Below are positions 26,530 to 39,639 of a stretch of DNA of 64,000 nucleotides, one piece after another. Below the pieces are notes generated by a model. That model was not told where the DNA came from, ran no database searches, and saw nothing but the letters and a program-made list of their open reading frames with translations. The DNA comes from Eledone cirrhosa (Eukaryota), in NCBI GenBank assembly GCA_964016885.1, contig OZ024741.1, forward strand, positions 284,952,001 through 285,016,000, given 5' to 3'. Position 1 is the first letter of the stretch; every line of letters begins with the position of its first letter. Made by a program: the position numbers and the translations under genes.

Positions 26530-29500
26530 ATAGGTGAACTATGCTGCCCTCTTACCAGCACTTTCCCTTCCACCCACACACACACCAGCCACCCACCCCT
26601 GATGCCGCTCGGTTCCCCAGTCCCCGGCCCCACCCCCACCCCTCCAAATCGACACCTGCAGCACTTGTGGCACCACTAACAAACGGAAGAGGGGCCGGAA
26701 CTGTTTGGGGTGCGGCTGCTTCCACCACCTCACCTGCGTTGGCTTGACTTGTCAGCTTCCAGTGCCCTCGCAGCGTGGAGGTGCAGGAGCTGCCTCTTCC
26801 CCACGGCTTCCCAGCCACGGCCGTCTAGCACACCACCAGATGGGATAGCGAGCTTGCCTGACGCCCGAACCTCGCTGGTCAACATCGCTCGGCTCAGGCG
26901 GCTCCGGAAGATCCCACTCAGGATCCCGAGAGCTGCACGGGTGCCGGTAGCCGATGCCCTCGCTTCATCGATTGAGAGCGCCCTGGACTCCAATCGAGCC
27001 AGTGATTGGGAGCGGCTGTTCTATTTCTCCCCACTCACCCTCGGCCTCCCCAGCTCTGGCGCTGACCAGGGCGCCCGGTCAACAGCAGCCTTCGTCAAGG
27101 CCAATGTCTCGTAATTTGGGCGAGCGCCCATTCCAAGCGTGCGCAGGGACGCCACACACCGCACCCTCAGGTACCCCCTTTCCTCCACTGATCTCAGACC
27201 CATACCCCCACCCGACCCCCACCTGCTCCTTATGGCTACTGATGCAGATATCATGTCCGCCATCAGGTCCTTCCCAGCTAACAGCTGCGGAGGTGTTGAT
27301 GGACTCCGACCAGGCCACCTCAAGGAGTTAACATCCCCCTTCTCTGCTGAGGCCAGGCGCCGCCTTCTGAGTGCAATTGTGGCGCTCACCAATAGGCTCA
27401 TTCATGGCGGCCTCGACCATTACGCCCGAGGCCTCTTTTTTTCGGCCAGCCTCACCGCTCTCAGGAAGAAAGAGGGTGGCATACGCCCCATTGCTGTGGG
27501 CAATGTCTTCCGGAGGCTGGATGCCAAGGTGATCTGCAAGTCCGTCACACACGAACTGGGTGAGAAGTTTAGTCCGGTGGAACTGGGTGTCGGCGTGTCC
27601 GGTGGCTGTGAGGGAGCCTGTCATGCAATCAGGCAGTTCTTCAGTAGCTGCCCATCGGTACCGGCATCCAGGGACTCCAGGTACCTCATTGTCAAGCTTG
27701 ACATGAGGAATGCCTTTAACTCTTTACGTCGGGATCATCTGCTCGAGGTTTGCCTCAGCCGAGCCCCCTCTGCCTACCCGCTGGCCCACCTGTCATATGG
27801 AGCCCCGATCATGCTCCTAGCTGCTGATTCCGTCATACCCTCGGCTACTGGGGTCCAACAGGGCGACCCTTTGGGACCCCTCCTGTTCGCCCTTGGTATT
27901 GACCACATCGCCCGGAGTATCACGGCCGCTCTCAACGTTTGGTATCTGGATGATGCTACGTTGGGCGGGCCCGTACGGACGGTCTGCCAAGACCTTCAAT
28001 CGGTGATTCCTGCCCTGGCGGGGATCGGCCTCCAGGTCAACTCGGCCAAGTCGGAGGTGGTGAACGTCAGCCTCGATGCTGCGAGCTTGGACGTGCGGTC
28101 CATCCTCCGCCAGGTTCAGGTGACCCCCAAAGAGGATGTCCTCATCCTCGGGTCACCGATCCACCCGCCGGTCATCCGCTCCACCATCAGGTCCAGGCTT
28201 CAACAGCTCCAGACTCTCACGAGCCGACTCGGCTTGATTGACGGCGATCAAGCTCTCTTTCTGCTGAGGAACTGTTTCGCCATGTCAAAGCTCCTCTATA
28301 CACTCCGTAGCGCTCCATGCTACACCCAGACATCTCTCCTCGCTGACCTCGATACTTGTATCCGAGCAGCAGCCGAGGGAATATGCAACGTCAAGTTTGA
28401 CGACATAGGGTGGCAACAGGCCACTTTACCGGTCAGGTATGGCGGCCTAGGCCTCCGATCCCCGATCTCACTAGCTTTGCCGGCGTATCTTTCGTCGGTA
28501 ACCTCGTGCCGCGTCCTCGTCAACAGGGTTCTTCAAAACACAACAGAATCCTCTGTCTTCAGAGAACGTGAGGCCGCCTGTGAAACGTGGGACCGGCTGG
28601 GACTTAGCCCAGTAGACGTCCCTCCTCCTTCTTCCCCTGTTGACATCAAGTCGCCCCAACGCACTTGGGATGCCATCTAGTGCAGTCTGGCCTCAGACAG
28701 GCTCACGCGCCAGCTCGACCAGCACCGCCTTGCTTGTTTTCGTGCGGCCTCCAAACCCCACAGTGGTGCCTGGCTCCATGCCCTGCCCTCCTTCTCCACT
28801 GGCACGCAGCTAGACAACCATAGCCTGCGAATTGGCGTTTCCCTGAGGCTCGGCCTCCGGATCTACCAGCCACACCAATGTCGCTGCGGTTCCACCGTGG
28901 ACTCCTTCGGCCTCCACCCGCTTTCCTGTCGCCACAGTGCCGGCCCCATTCCACGCCATACTGCCCTCAACGAGGTCATTAAACATGGCTTGGATGCTGC
29001 AGGCTTCCCTTCCCAGCTCGAGCCGGTGGGGCTGGATCGAGGGGACGGCAAAAGGCCAGATGGCATGACCATCTTCCCGTTCCGCGGTGGCAAACCCCTT
29101 GTCTGGGATGCCACTTGCACCGACACTTTCTGCAGCCGCAATCTGGTGAAGTCTGCGACTGACCCAGGTTCTGCTTCATGTCGGGCTGAGGGGGCCAAAC
29201 TCCTCAAATACCGGTCGCTCTCCGACAGGTTTGCGGTCGTTCCCCTGGTAGTGGAAACTTCTGGTGTCCTCGGCCCCAGGGCTACCTCCTTACTCACGAC
29301 CATAGGCGCTGTGCTGGCCAGCCGCAGGTGTGAGCCCCGCGAGTCGGAGTGGATTTTCCAGCGCGTTTCCTTTGCCGTCCCCCGGGGAAACGCCTTCTCC
29401 CTTCTGTCCGCTGGGGCTGTGGGTGGGCCCCATCGCGTACCAATACATTAGTTAAATACCATTCTTTCATCGTTACAACTTATATCCACATTCATGACGT

Positions 29501-29555
29501 ATTATCTTTGTTGTCACTGATCATATATCATCACATTTGTCCATAATCATATAAT
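26530..29555 (+). mobile_element. CRE-clade RLE non-LTR retrotransposon, near full length, with two premature stops
   Basis: One frame 26710-29451 with stops at 27112 and 28678: GGIRPIAVG..FRRL, LGVG..GGCE, KLD..NAFN, GVQQGDPLGP, YLDD, LP...GGLG, SGAWL.ALP, CRCG..H..SC, RH..LN, RPDG, LVWD.TC. Confidence 0.92.
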
Positions 29556-29585
29556 TGTGTGTAGGTGTATACAAACACACACGCA

Positions 29586-29620
<35 letters not shown>

Positions 29621-30645
29621 GGAGAGAGAAAGAGAGAGAGAGCGAGCTATACGTAAAAATTATTACCATCAAAGACACAAACATCATAATCGCCTACGTC
29701 ATCATTATCATCACAAACACAATCATCATCATCATCATCATCATCATCACCAACATTATTTATTTGTTTCCAACCGTCTTCCTTGTAAAGGAACATGATG
29801 TTATTAATATTATGTTGTTGTTGTGGGGAATAGGTAATATTTGGTTTCTCCACCAAATCGCTACAAAGCTATATTTGTGGTTTGTGCAATATCGAAAGAT
29901 ACCCTTCCCTCCTACTCATTACTCTATCAAATCTCACAGCACTTGCTATACGTTCTTAAATCATTCTTATAATCTCTCTCTCTCTCACACTCCCACATCA
30001 GTTGGAAGAATAACTAAGAACTCCTCTGCTGCACCTATTAAATGCTGTAAAATGTTTGGTGAGAAGGGAACCAGTCGTAGAAAGCTTGCGAAACAAAGGA
30101 TTGAGAGGACCCTTCAGTTGTGTCAAGAACATGACAAACTCGCTTGTGTTAGTAATCGAGAGGCGCACTAAGTACACACTGCAAAGTGGTGAGCGACACG
30201 AAAGACACCCAGTTGTTGAAAGCTTGCCAAACAAGTGGCTGGGAGGACCCTTTAGTTATGTCAAAGATATGACAACCATTCTTCCGCTGGCGTCGCGATT
30301 AAATGCACTCAGTAGAGCGTGGGAGGGTGTGTGAGTGAGATTCCAGTTTTCTTCGTCTGTACATTTTAATGTTAGCATATTTTATTGTACGTCTTCAGAA
30401 TAAAGATAGATATTTGTTCTTAATGAGACCGCCAGGTGTTGCATTGGATTACTCCACTGTTTTTTTAAATATTTCAGTTACCAAATTTTCTATGAAAATT
30501 CATACACATGCACATACTTAGATTTAAATACGTATACATATATACTAAATACATACTTACACATAAACAATCCATTACACATCCACACACAAAAAACATA
30601 CACAAAGATTTACACCGACACATACATATACCTATACCAAGACAT

Positions 30646-30757
<112 letters not shown>

Positions 30758-31067
30758 ACTCGTACAAACACACACATACTTAAATATTTGCAGAAATACA
30801 AACTTACTTATTCGAACCATTTTCACACACGTAATTGCATGAATACACAGAGGAATGAACTGACACATACAAACACACACGCATGTATACACATCGTCAT
30901 ATACAAATTGAAATATACAAATTGAATTCACAAACATATTTGTGTACATTCTATTATTACACACTTTCATATGTGCATACACATATACACATACACATTG
31001 ATATCACACATGATCTTATACACATGCCCACTGATATTATACCTGCACACACACACAAGTGTTTTGT

Positions 31068-31232
31068 GAAGATTGATGGTGCACGCTAGATAAATCTGCT
31101 ACGAGTAATCGGACGCCATCATGAAACTCTTCAAGTATATGGCAACTAAGCATGTGTACGTCGGTACTCAGAATTTTATCATGGTTTCCAATTCATCGTA
31201 GCAGATTTATCTAGCGTGCATCATCAATCTTC
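31068..31232. repeat. MITE-like hairpin
   Basis: Arms GAAGATTGATGGTGCACGCTAGATAAATCTGCTACGA and TCGTAGCAGATTTATCTAGCGTGCATCATCAATCTTC with degenerate inner pairing. Confidence 0.75.
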
Positions 31233-31268
31233 TGTCTTATTAAAAATATCTACACCCCACCACACACA

Positions 31269-31362
<94 letters not shown>

Positions 31363-32279
31363 CGTGTGTGCGTGTGCGTATGTGTGTGTGTGTGTGTGTG
31401 TGTGTGTTTGAGTGTCAATTGTGAGTGTCAATTGTAATTACGAAAGAATGAGCTCAGTTTGACCGGAAAAGGCAAACTGCCAATTCGGCCCTTCACTGTT
31501 TATAAAAAAGACGGCTTGAAGACGACAATTGCCAATGCATGCTGGCGAACTGCCCCATCCACAACACGGGTATGTGCTTACGGACATGCGTGGCATTCCA
31601 CATCCAAACGCGAATTTTACATCGGCAGTACTATCAAAGAACACCTCAATGCACACACATATATAAGAGCAAGAACGTAAATAAAGATATAACCGCCACT
31701 ATCGAAGCAATGGATGTGTATACCGATAATCTTAGAATAATGGAATTTATAATACCCAAACTGTAATCCTAAATCAACAATAAACTAGAATCAAGTGGCT
31801 AACATAGACATACACAATACAAGCTTTCAGTCCATTTCAAAAGGGAGACAACAATAGATCAGGACATAGATTAGTTCATATACTTCATGATCCATTCACA
31901 CTTCCAGCGTTGAAAGAAAAAAATTACCACCACTTTCAAATTTTGAAACATTGCAGCTTAAAGGGAGATAAGAAATATATAGCTAGTTTCTTCCATTAAT
32001 CTTTTGGTGAAAGGATTCTTTCCTGAACTATACGGACTTAAAAAGAACTGCAAAACAATGGACGTATTAAGTACTGTCATCACAACATCATTGTTATCTT
32101 ATTTTAAACGTTTACTGTCAAATTCACATTGTGATAGACAACAGAGTAGTTGTGGTTTTTTTTAGACTGAAGATATAACTGAATAACTGGTATTGATTAG
32201 CCTGTACATCGTATATTTTTCTCTCTGAAACGATCATAAACAATGGACTATGCATATATATATATATTTATGTATGCTT

Positions 32280-32428
<149 letters not shown>

Positions 32429-32462
32429 TATGCATATATATATATATATATACATATATATG

Positions 32463-32546
<84 letters not shown>

Positions 32547-32597
32547 CATTGCTCCGTCTAACCCATGCTAGCGTGGAAAATGGACGTTAAACTGTTT

Positions 32598-33705
32598 TCT
32601 CTTTTTTATGGGTTAGAACAAAATATTTTACTTTGTGTGAAGTGTTAAGGTATTAGTTAATTTATTTATTCATTAACAATATCATTTATTTATTTATTTA
32701 TTTATTTAATGATTATCACAATGAACCCTACAGTAAACAAAGGCCCAACTATGGTATATGCATAAATCTAATAGAAGGTTCAACATTCCACTTTAAACAG
32801 GGACACCATTTTACAGTTAAATACAACTTTACATGTGCATCTGAAAACCTAATCTATGTTTTGACTTGCTCAGGTTGTCGAGAGCACTACATAGGACAGA
32901 CAAAAAACAGCCTCCAACAAATCAAATTATGGGAATACAGAAAGATTGCTTTTAGTGAATATATCGCCAATTGTGCACGTAACCAACTACCAAACTTTAG
33001 AATTTTCCCCATTTACAAATTCATAGATAACGCTTCTTTCATCCATCGTGGAAACGTACTTCTTTAACATATTCCAACTTCTAAACTAAAACTGGAACGA
33101 ACAATGAACCATAGTCCAAAATCCCTACGTTCTCTAAAGAGTTACCTCCCTAATACCCTACCTAATCCTTTTTCTTATATAAATGAATTACCCCCTCTCC
33201 TCTCTTTCTCCTACCCGACCACCCTGAATTACTCCCCTTGCATATTAATTCTCTTAAAAGGGAAAACACTCGCAGACGAACATATGCCTCCAATATGGAT
33301 CAACATCTATAAGCGATCTTACCATAATAACATTTTTTGAACTGCTTATCCTCAAAAAACAATGCTTGTAAATAATATTATTCTTTCTTTCCCATTACAT
33401 TATCATGTTCCACATTACCCTTTTTTTAACTTCAAAAACCTTGTTTGTAAATAATATTATTCTTTCTTTCCCATTTCAATAACATGTTCAACATCACCTT
33501 AACCAATACAAACTCCCCTTTTTTTTCTCTCCCACTCACATAATTTGATAATGCATAAAATGCTGAAACCTGTAATTGATAATCATTAAATAAATAAATA
33601 AATAAATGCTATTGTTAATTAATAAATAAATTAACTAATACCTTAACACTTCACACAAAGTAAAATATTTTGTTTTAAACATTTTCTAACCCAGAAAAAA
33701 GAGAA
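32598..33705 (+). mobile_element. 5'-truncated Penelope-like element with an inverted terminal copy (32598-32718 vs 33577-33705)
   Basis: NFTCASENLIYVLTCSGCREHYIGQT GIY-YIG at about 32815-33090; degenerate hammerhead TTGATAA-TGCAT..ATGCT-GAAACCTGTA at about 33542-33578. Confidence 0.8.
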
Positions 33706-33764
33706 AAAAATAAGGAAAAAAAAATGTTTTCTTCCTAATAATCGATTTTTTCTCCCTATATACA

Positions 33765-33813
<49 letters not shown>

Positions 33814-33875
33814 TTCGAACTCGTGTGCTCCTTCTCCACATTTTATAATTATATATATATCTATATCTATATATA

Positions 33876-33961
<86 letters not shown>

Positions 33962-33965
<4 letters not shown>

Positions 33966-34788
33966 TGTGGTTGTCTGTCTGTCTATCGATTTTTGGCACA
34001 CATCTCCTCTTAGAATCTCTCACGGAATTGCACCGAAATTGCTATACTTGTACATTGAGCCCTAGCGAAGACATCGGAAAAAAAAATTTCAAATTGACCC
34101 ACCCTATGTGACGAAATCGAATATAATGTATCGATTTTTGAGCGTAAGTGATCAGTTATTTCCCTTTGTTCTGTTTACATTGAGCGTCTTACGTAAAAAA
34201 TTACGCTGGCTTTAACAGTTGTCGAGCCAGCAAAATATTGACCTGCAAAATTCATCAGTTCGAACACTAAACTTCCGTTTTGCTTCATTTCCATTTAAAA
34301 GCATTTTAAAACAATATTTTTACTTGAAAACAAGCCTATTTAAAGACTACGTAAAACAAGCAAATATTTCGTCGTTAGGCGTTCAGACAGACAGTCGTGC
34401 AGACAGACAGTCGTGCAGAGAGGTGATATAGGCGTGCAGACAGATAGTCGTGCAGAGAGGTGATATAGGCGTGCAGACAGACATAACTGATAATTTGGTT
34501 ACGCTAATGTTTTTCTCTGCGTTGCAGTGTTTACATTTTCGATCTTTGTTAATAAATAACCAGTGCAGTTTCTATCCCCAGCATCCTCTTTTGTTATAAC
34601 ATTCGGGTTATCGTTATGTTTTCTTAACTTCATAAGGCATATTGTTGGTTGAGGGAATATTAATCAAAAACACCACATGCAAGTCTGCACAGTAGACACT
34701 ACAGTTTTTAAGCCAAGAAAGAAACTTAACATTGTAACTTTAACACAGCTACTGAGCGACCCCGAGCAACGCCGGGCTTTACTGCTAG
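33962..34788 (+). mobile_element. Non-autonomous Helitron
   Basis: 3' hairpin CCCGAGCAACGCCGGG followed by CTAG|T; 5' GTCTGTCTGTCT and CACCGAAATT motifs; the uninterrupted copy of the right flank (near 35375) shows an A^T target. Confidence 0.8.
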
Positions 34789-34789
34789 T

Positions 34790-35675
34790 ACATTATAAAG
34801 AAAGAAGAAACATTAGATATAATTAATAAGATATACCATACCCAAATTCCTTCACTACTCCTCGACTACGTAGTTTCGTGGCATATTATGCAAAAACACT
34901 ACATCACAGAGATACAGTATTTTTGTGAGGTTTGCCGACTTATCAAGAGGATACCTCATTTAGAGTTTCAAAACACATCCGTAGGACGCGAGATAGAATC
35001 CCGAAAGGCGGAGGGGGAGTCAATCACGTGATACAGCGGTCAAGAAACAGAGCAAAGCCTCTTACAACCAAGAAAAAATACCACAAAAGGCGGCAGGGGT
35101 ATTTATATCAAAGCCGTAGAAGAGATGGCTAGGATGGCGAGAAGTATAAGTAATGATAGCTTTCCAGCAATCACTACACTTCAATGGTTACTCTACCATA
35201 TGGAGTTATAAACAATATAAAGAAATACACAGATACATGCGTACACATACATATACATGAATATATCCACATATATCCCTGAATTTGTGGTGCCAACCTC
35301 AACCGTTGTTGCTCTTTGAATAACTGGGACAAAATAATCCAAATGGATTAGATTGATTCAGTATCAGAGCTATATAATACATTATAAAGAAAGAAGAAAC
35401 AATAAGATATACCATACCCAAATTCCTTCATTACTCCTCGTAGTCGAGGAGTAATGAAGGAATTTGGGTGTGGTATATCTTATTAATTATATCTAATGTT
35501 TCTTTTTTCTTTATAATGTATTATATAGCTCTGATACTGAATCAATCTAATCCATTCGGATTATTTTGTCCCAGTTATTCAAAGAGCAACAACGGTTGAG
35601 GTTGGCACCACAAATTCAGGGATATATGTGGATATATTCATGTATATGTATGTGTTCGCATGTATCTTTGTATTT

Positions 35676-35683
<8 letters not shown>
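34790..35683 (-). mobile_element. ORF-less retrozyme-like unit R2 with terminal redundancy and a fold-back (arms 35215-35440 and 35445-35683)
   Basis: Minus-strand hammerhead 34859-34951: TCCTC-TTGATAA-long stem II-GAAAC-TACGTA-GTC-GAGGA; 34790-34864 is repeated at 35379-35440. Confidence 0.7.
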
Positions 35684-35744
<61 letters not shown>

Positions 35745-36099
35745 CATACATACATACATACATACATACATACATACATACATACATACATACATACATA
35801 CATACATACATACATACAAGCATACATACAAATAGGGTTGGATAATGGCGTTGTTTATACAAAACAGGAAACGGCGTGGTGGGAATTGAATTATTTGTTT
35901 TGGAAAGCGGATTTGATGATTCTTTGGTTGATTAATTTGTGTTACCCACACAGCTGATTACTATGATTAATTAAGGAAGGTAATGAGAGTTGTAGCACAT
36001 GTTTGGTAATTAAAGAATATGGGAATGGAGGTGGAACTATGTGTAAGTTGGGGCGCGATATAATTTGATGAATATTGCTCTCATCACAACACAGGGCAT

Positions 36100-36750
36100 G
36101 GTTACGGTGGTGGTGGTCCTGTCACGTGATATGTTAGTGGGGAAGTGAGGGTGATGTGGTGGTGGTATTGGTGATGGCGAACGGAGATGTTGGGGAGAGG
36201 ATACGGTGGTGGTGGTTGTGGTGGTGGTAGTAGCAATGTGGATAGAGATGATAAAGATGAAAAAGACGATGTTGGTGTTAGTGGTGAGGACGGTGATACA
36301 GTTGAACCTGTTGTTGGTGGCGATGGTGGTGGTAGTGTTGATAGTGTGATGGTGATGGTGATGGTTGCGGAAGAGATGGTGTAAGTGGTGATGGTGATGG
36401 GGGTGTTGGTGGTGTTGGTAGGGTTCGTTCGTGGTTTTGGTGGTGCACGTTTGTGCTGTTTGTGTTGCTGGTAGTGATGTTGTTGTTGTTGGTGGTGTTC
36501 GTTAGTGACGCTGGCAGCGTTCGCTGGCGGTGTTGCTGGGGTTGGTGGTGCTGATGGTGTTGTTTGTGGTAGTCTTCGTAGTGCTGGTGCTGGTGGGCCT
36601 GCTGTTGGTGTTACAGTTGGTGGTGTTCGGTGTTGAAAATAGTTATAGTGTTGGTGGTGTTGAGTATGTGCTACTGCTGCTGCTGAAGATAATGATGATA
36701 GTGTTGGGGTGGTGGTGATAACGATGGCTGTTGTGATGGTATTCATATTT
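36100..36750. repeat. Low-complexity GGT/GTT/GAT trinucleotide region
   Basis: Directly visible; a similar tract lies at 54950-55330. Confidence 0.85.
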
Positions 36751-37609
36751 AATCATGGAGCTGGAAAACGTAGTTTACTGTCTCTTGAAAGTCTGTTATG
36801 AAAGAGGACACACCTGTTAATAGATTATATGAAGGTGGCGAATTTGCATAATCGTTAGAACATGGGATATAATGTTTTGGGGATATTCGTTCTAGCTTTG
36901 TGCTCTCTGAATTCAAGTCACGCCGAGGCCAACTTTGCCTGTTATTCTTTTGAAGTCGATAAAAAAAGTACTATTCCATTACTAGAGTTGATTTTTCCTC
37001 TATATCTGCCTCACCTCCTCCATCTCTCTTTCTTTCCTTCTCTGGAAGAAATTGGCAGTGTTCAGATATGGAGAGGTGGTGGCTTCTACCAGGTTTAAAG
37101 TGTGTCCGGACATATGATAGCGCCGCTAAGACTCCATAAGGAATTATGGGTCCATATATACATATATACATACATAAATGTTTTATTGTGGAAGAAGTTA
37201 GACAACTTTTGACACACATAGTAGGGCAAGGATATAAAAGAACATTCCTCATACATTTTCGTCGTAGCCTTGGTAATAAAGAGGAGAGTCTGAGAATGTC
37301 GGTGCCTAATCACGTGATTTTCCTCAACCTATCAAATTATAATTTAAACAGATAGCAATCTGAGCCACATCTTTTATATAAAACTGAAATAAATTTCATA
37401 TATCAGTAAGATGCAAGTTAGAAGTCGGCATAGCCTCACATTTCTCTATCTTAACTTTTGGAAATCACGAAACTTCTGAAACCGGTAAAGTTATAAGTTA
37501 TTGCAAATAAACCTTCTTAAAGACTCCAATTGCATTTTCAACGTTTTTTCCTATATTTTACCTGTGTGGGATGTAACTAAAACACACACACATACAGAGA
37601 CACACACAC

Positions 37610-37642
<33 letters not shown>

Positions 37643-38619
37643 TGTGTGTATGTGTGTGTGTAGATAAATATAGATATATGCCTTGGGGAATATTTGTTTT
37701 ACGTTCTATTTATATAATTTCCTCGATTATTTTCCTTTTCTTATTAAAAATACTTTTCAATACATTAATTACTCTCCTCTTATTACTTATTGAAGCTGTT
37801 AATTTAGCAATTTCTTGTATAATGCAATTCTTTTGTAATGATTTTCAACAAGAAACTAGTGCGTAGTTACACCTGAAGGTTGTAATTTTAATTATCTAAA
37901 TGTTTATGGTTTACAAAATTAAGTATGCGACCACTTTAAATTATATTTTCATGCCGAGTTGTTACAGTGTCGAAACAAAATGATACTTAGTGGTATTTAC
38001 ACTCATTATCTGTTCTAATTGCGCCAGGGGCTACTTTGCATTTTACCCCCACGAAGTCGATTATATAGTACTAGTCCTGGGGCAGTGGATTGGTATGATT
38101 TTTTAAACTCAATGGTCTGTGTTATCTTTTCTTGCTCCGTAATATTTGAATTCAAATCTCGTCTCCGGTCATTGTGAAAGCGGCCGGCAAATGGCATCAG
38201 CCAACGAAACACGAAGGGAAACATGTATGATCTGGGAAATTAGCTTCATTCCATAAAAAGTAACATCGTTCTAAACTTCAATATCCAGAACAGTATAGAT
38301 AGAAGTTGTAGCAATTAAATGACCGTATTTCTAGGTATAAACATTCAGATAGAGAATAATTGATTGATTCCGTTTGTCTACTTTAAAGACACTAATGTAT
38401 GTACTTACATAGAGACAGTGATGTCCACATCACAACATACAAACACATTTATATTCTCCTCCTAAAGAGATAAATCAGATAATGAAATTAACAGAAATAT
38501 TGAAGCATTATTCAGCAACGGGTGTTGTAAATATTCTACTTCCATAGCACCTCCTTTCTTTTGTACACACGACGTCGACTCATCCATGATACTTCTCCCA
38601 GTATCTTATAAATGTTGAG

Positions 38620-39480
38620 CTTGCGGCGAGATTGGCTCTCGTAAAGCGCGACTGTTGCGTTGTCAGAGCTAGGGTGCGTGCTCTTAGACACGAGGATGAA
38701 AGCAGTTCGATGGGTACGAATGGTGGAGGTGCGGCGTGGCAACAAAGCCCCAATCCAGTATTTGCCGGGCCAGGACGGGCGCATGTTATTCAATCCCAAG
38801 CGATTGTATGTGGCTTTTCAGTAGGACTTCGCTCATCTAAAGGCCATCAAACACGCTCTGGTCCTCTGTCGAAGCGACCAAACCTTTTCTCTTTCATGTT
38901 TACGGAAAAGAATAAAAAGGTCAGAATTTCTAAAATTTCCCTAGAGTTGCATATCTGGTGGATCACCAACAGCAGACGCAGCAGCATCCCCACCACCGAA
39001 GTTAACAGAAATATACACCATAAAAAAATTCACCCAGTGTGTCTCCCGATGCAGCTCTCACTCTTGATCCCCATGTTCCAAACAAAAACACACACACACA
39101 CACAAGCGCATAGACATCATCACAAACACACTCCTACCCCTATCCGAGGCGGATTTCTCGGACAAACGTACATCGTCCCCTCACAGTGAATAGCCCTACT
39201 CTAATCACAGACTTGTATGCTGGAGAAATCAGCGTGGAAAGAAGCACTTTCCTATGCTGCTGATGCTGATCGGGGTAATTTCGCAGTCCTTCATTTAATC
39301 CTGGATGGTGCTACTCCCTATTGTGGAGTGTTGTTGTTATTAATTTAATGATATATTCTTACCTGTTTTGTTTTTCGGTCTATTCGAATTATGTAAATCA
39401 TTACTTTCTTTGGTCATTTGTAATGCTTCAGCCCTTGTGGCCAATAAAGGACAAATAGAAATCATAATTATTTCGGAAAT
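38620..39480 (+). mobile_element. Scrambled L1/Tx1 remnants (ORF2 linker piece and 3' end), tail-to-tail with the next element
   Basis: KRDCCVVRARVRALRHE resembles KHEGCIVRAKSRALRNE (42200s); 3' end CTTGTGGCCAATAAA is shared with 39665-39680 on the minus strand. Confidence 0.6.
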
Positions 39481-39511
39481 TTAGATTCTTCTTCTTACAA
39501 ATAACAACAAA

Positions 39512-39519
39512 TGCTACTA

Positions 39520-39551
<32 letters not shown>

Positions 39552-39570
39552 TCTACTACTACTATTGCGG

Positions 39571-39637
<67 letters not shown>
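39512..39637. repeat. (CTA)n/(CTG)n tract, the (TAG)n tail of the L1/Tx1 element
   Basis: Follows AATAAA of the minus-strand element. Confidence 0.9.

Positions 39638-39639
<2 letters not shown>

Noticed and set aside
31440-31790. FYIGST and LRIME motifs suggesting another GIY-YIG remnant
   Set aside because: Too decayed to delimit or call with confidence.
34385-34480. CRISPR-like repeats here and at 53340-53510
   Set aside because: Plain tandem repeats with no unique spacers or cas genes; eukaryotic context.
36102-36746. 214-aa Thr/Pro/His-rich ORF
   Set aside because: Product of low-complexity trinucleotide sequence.
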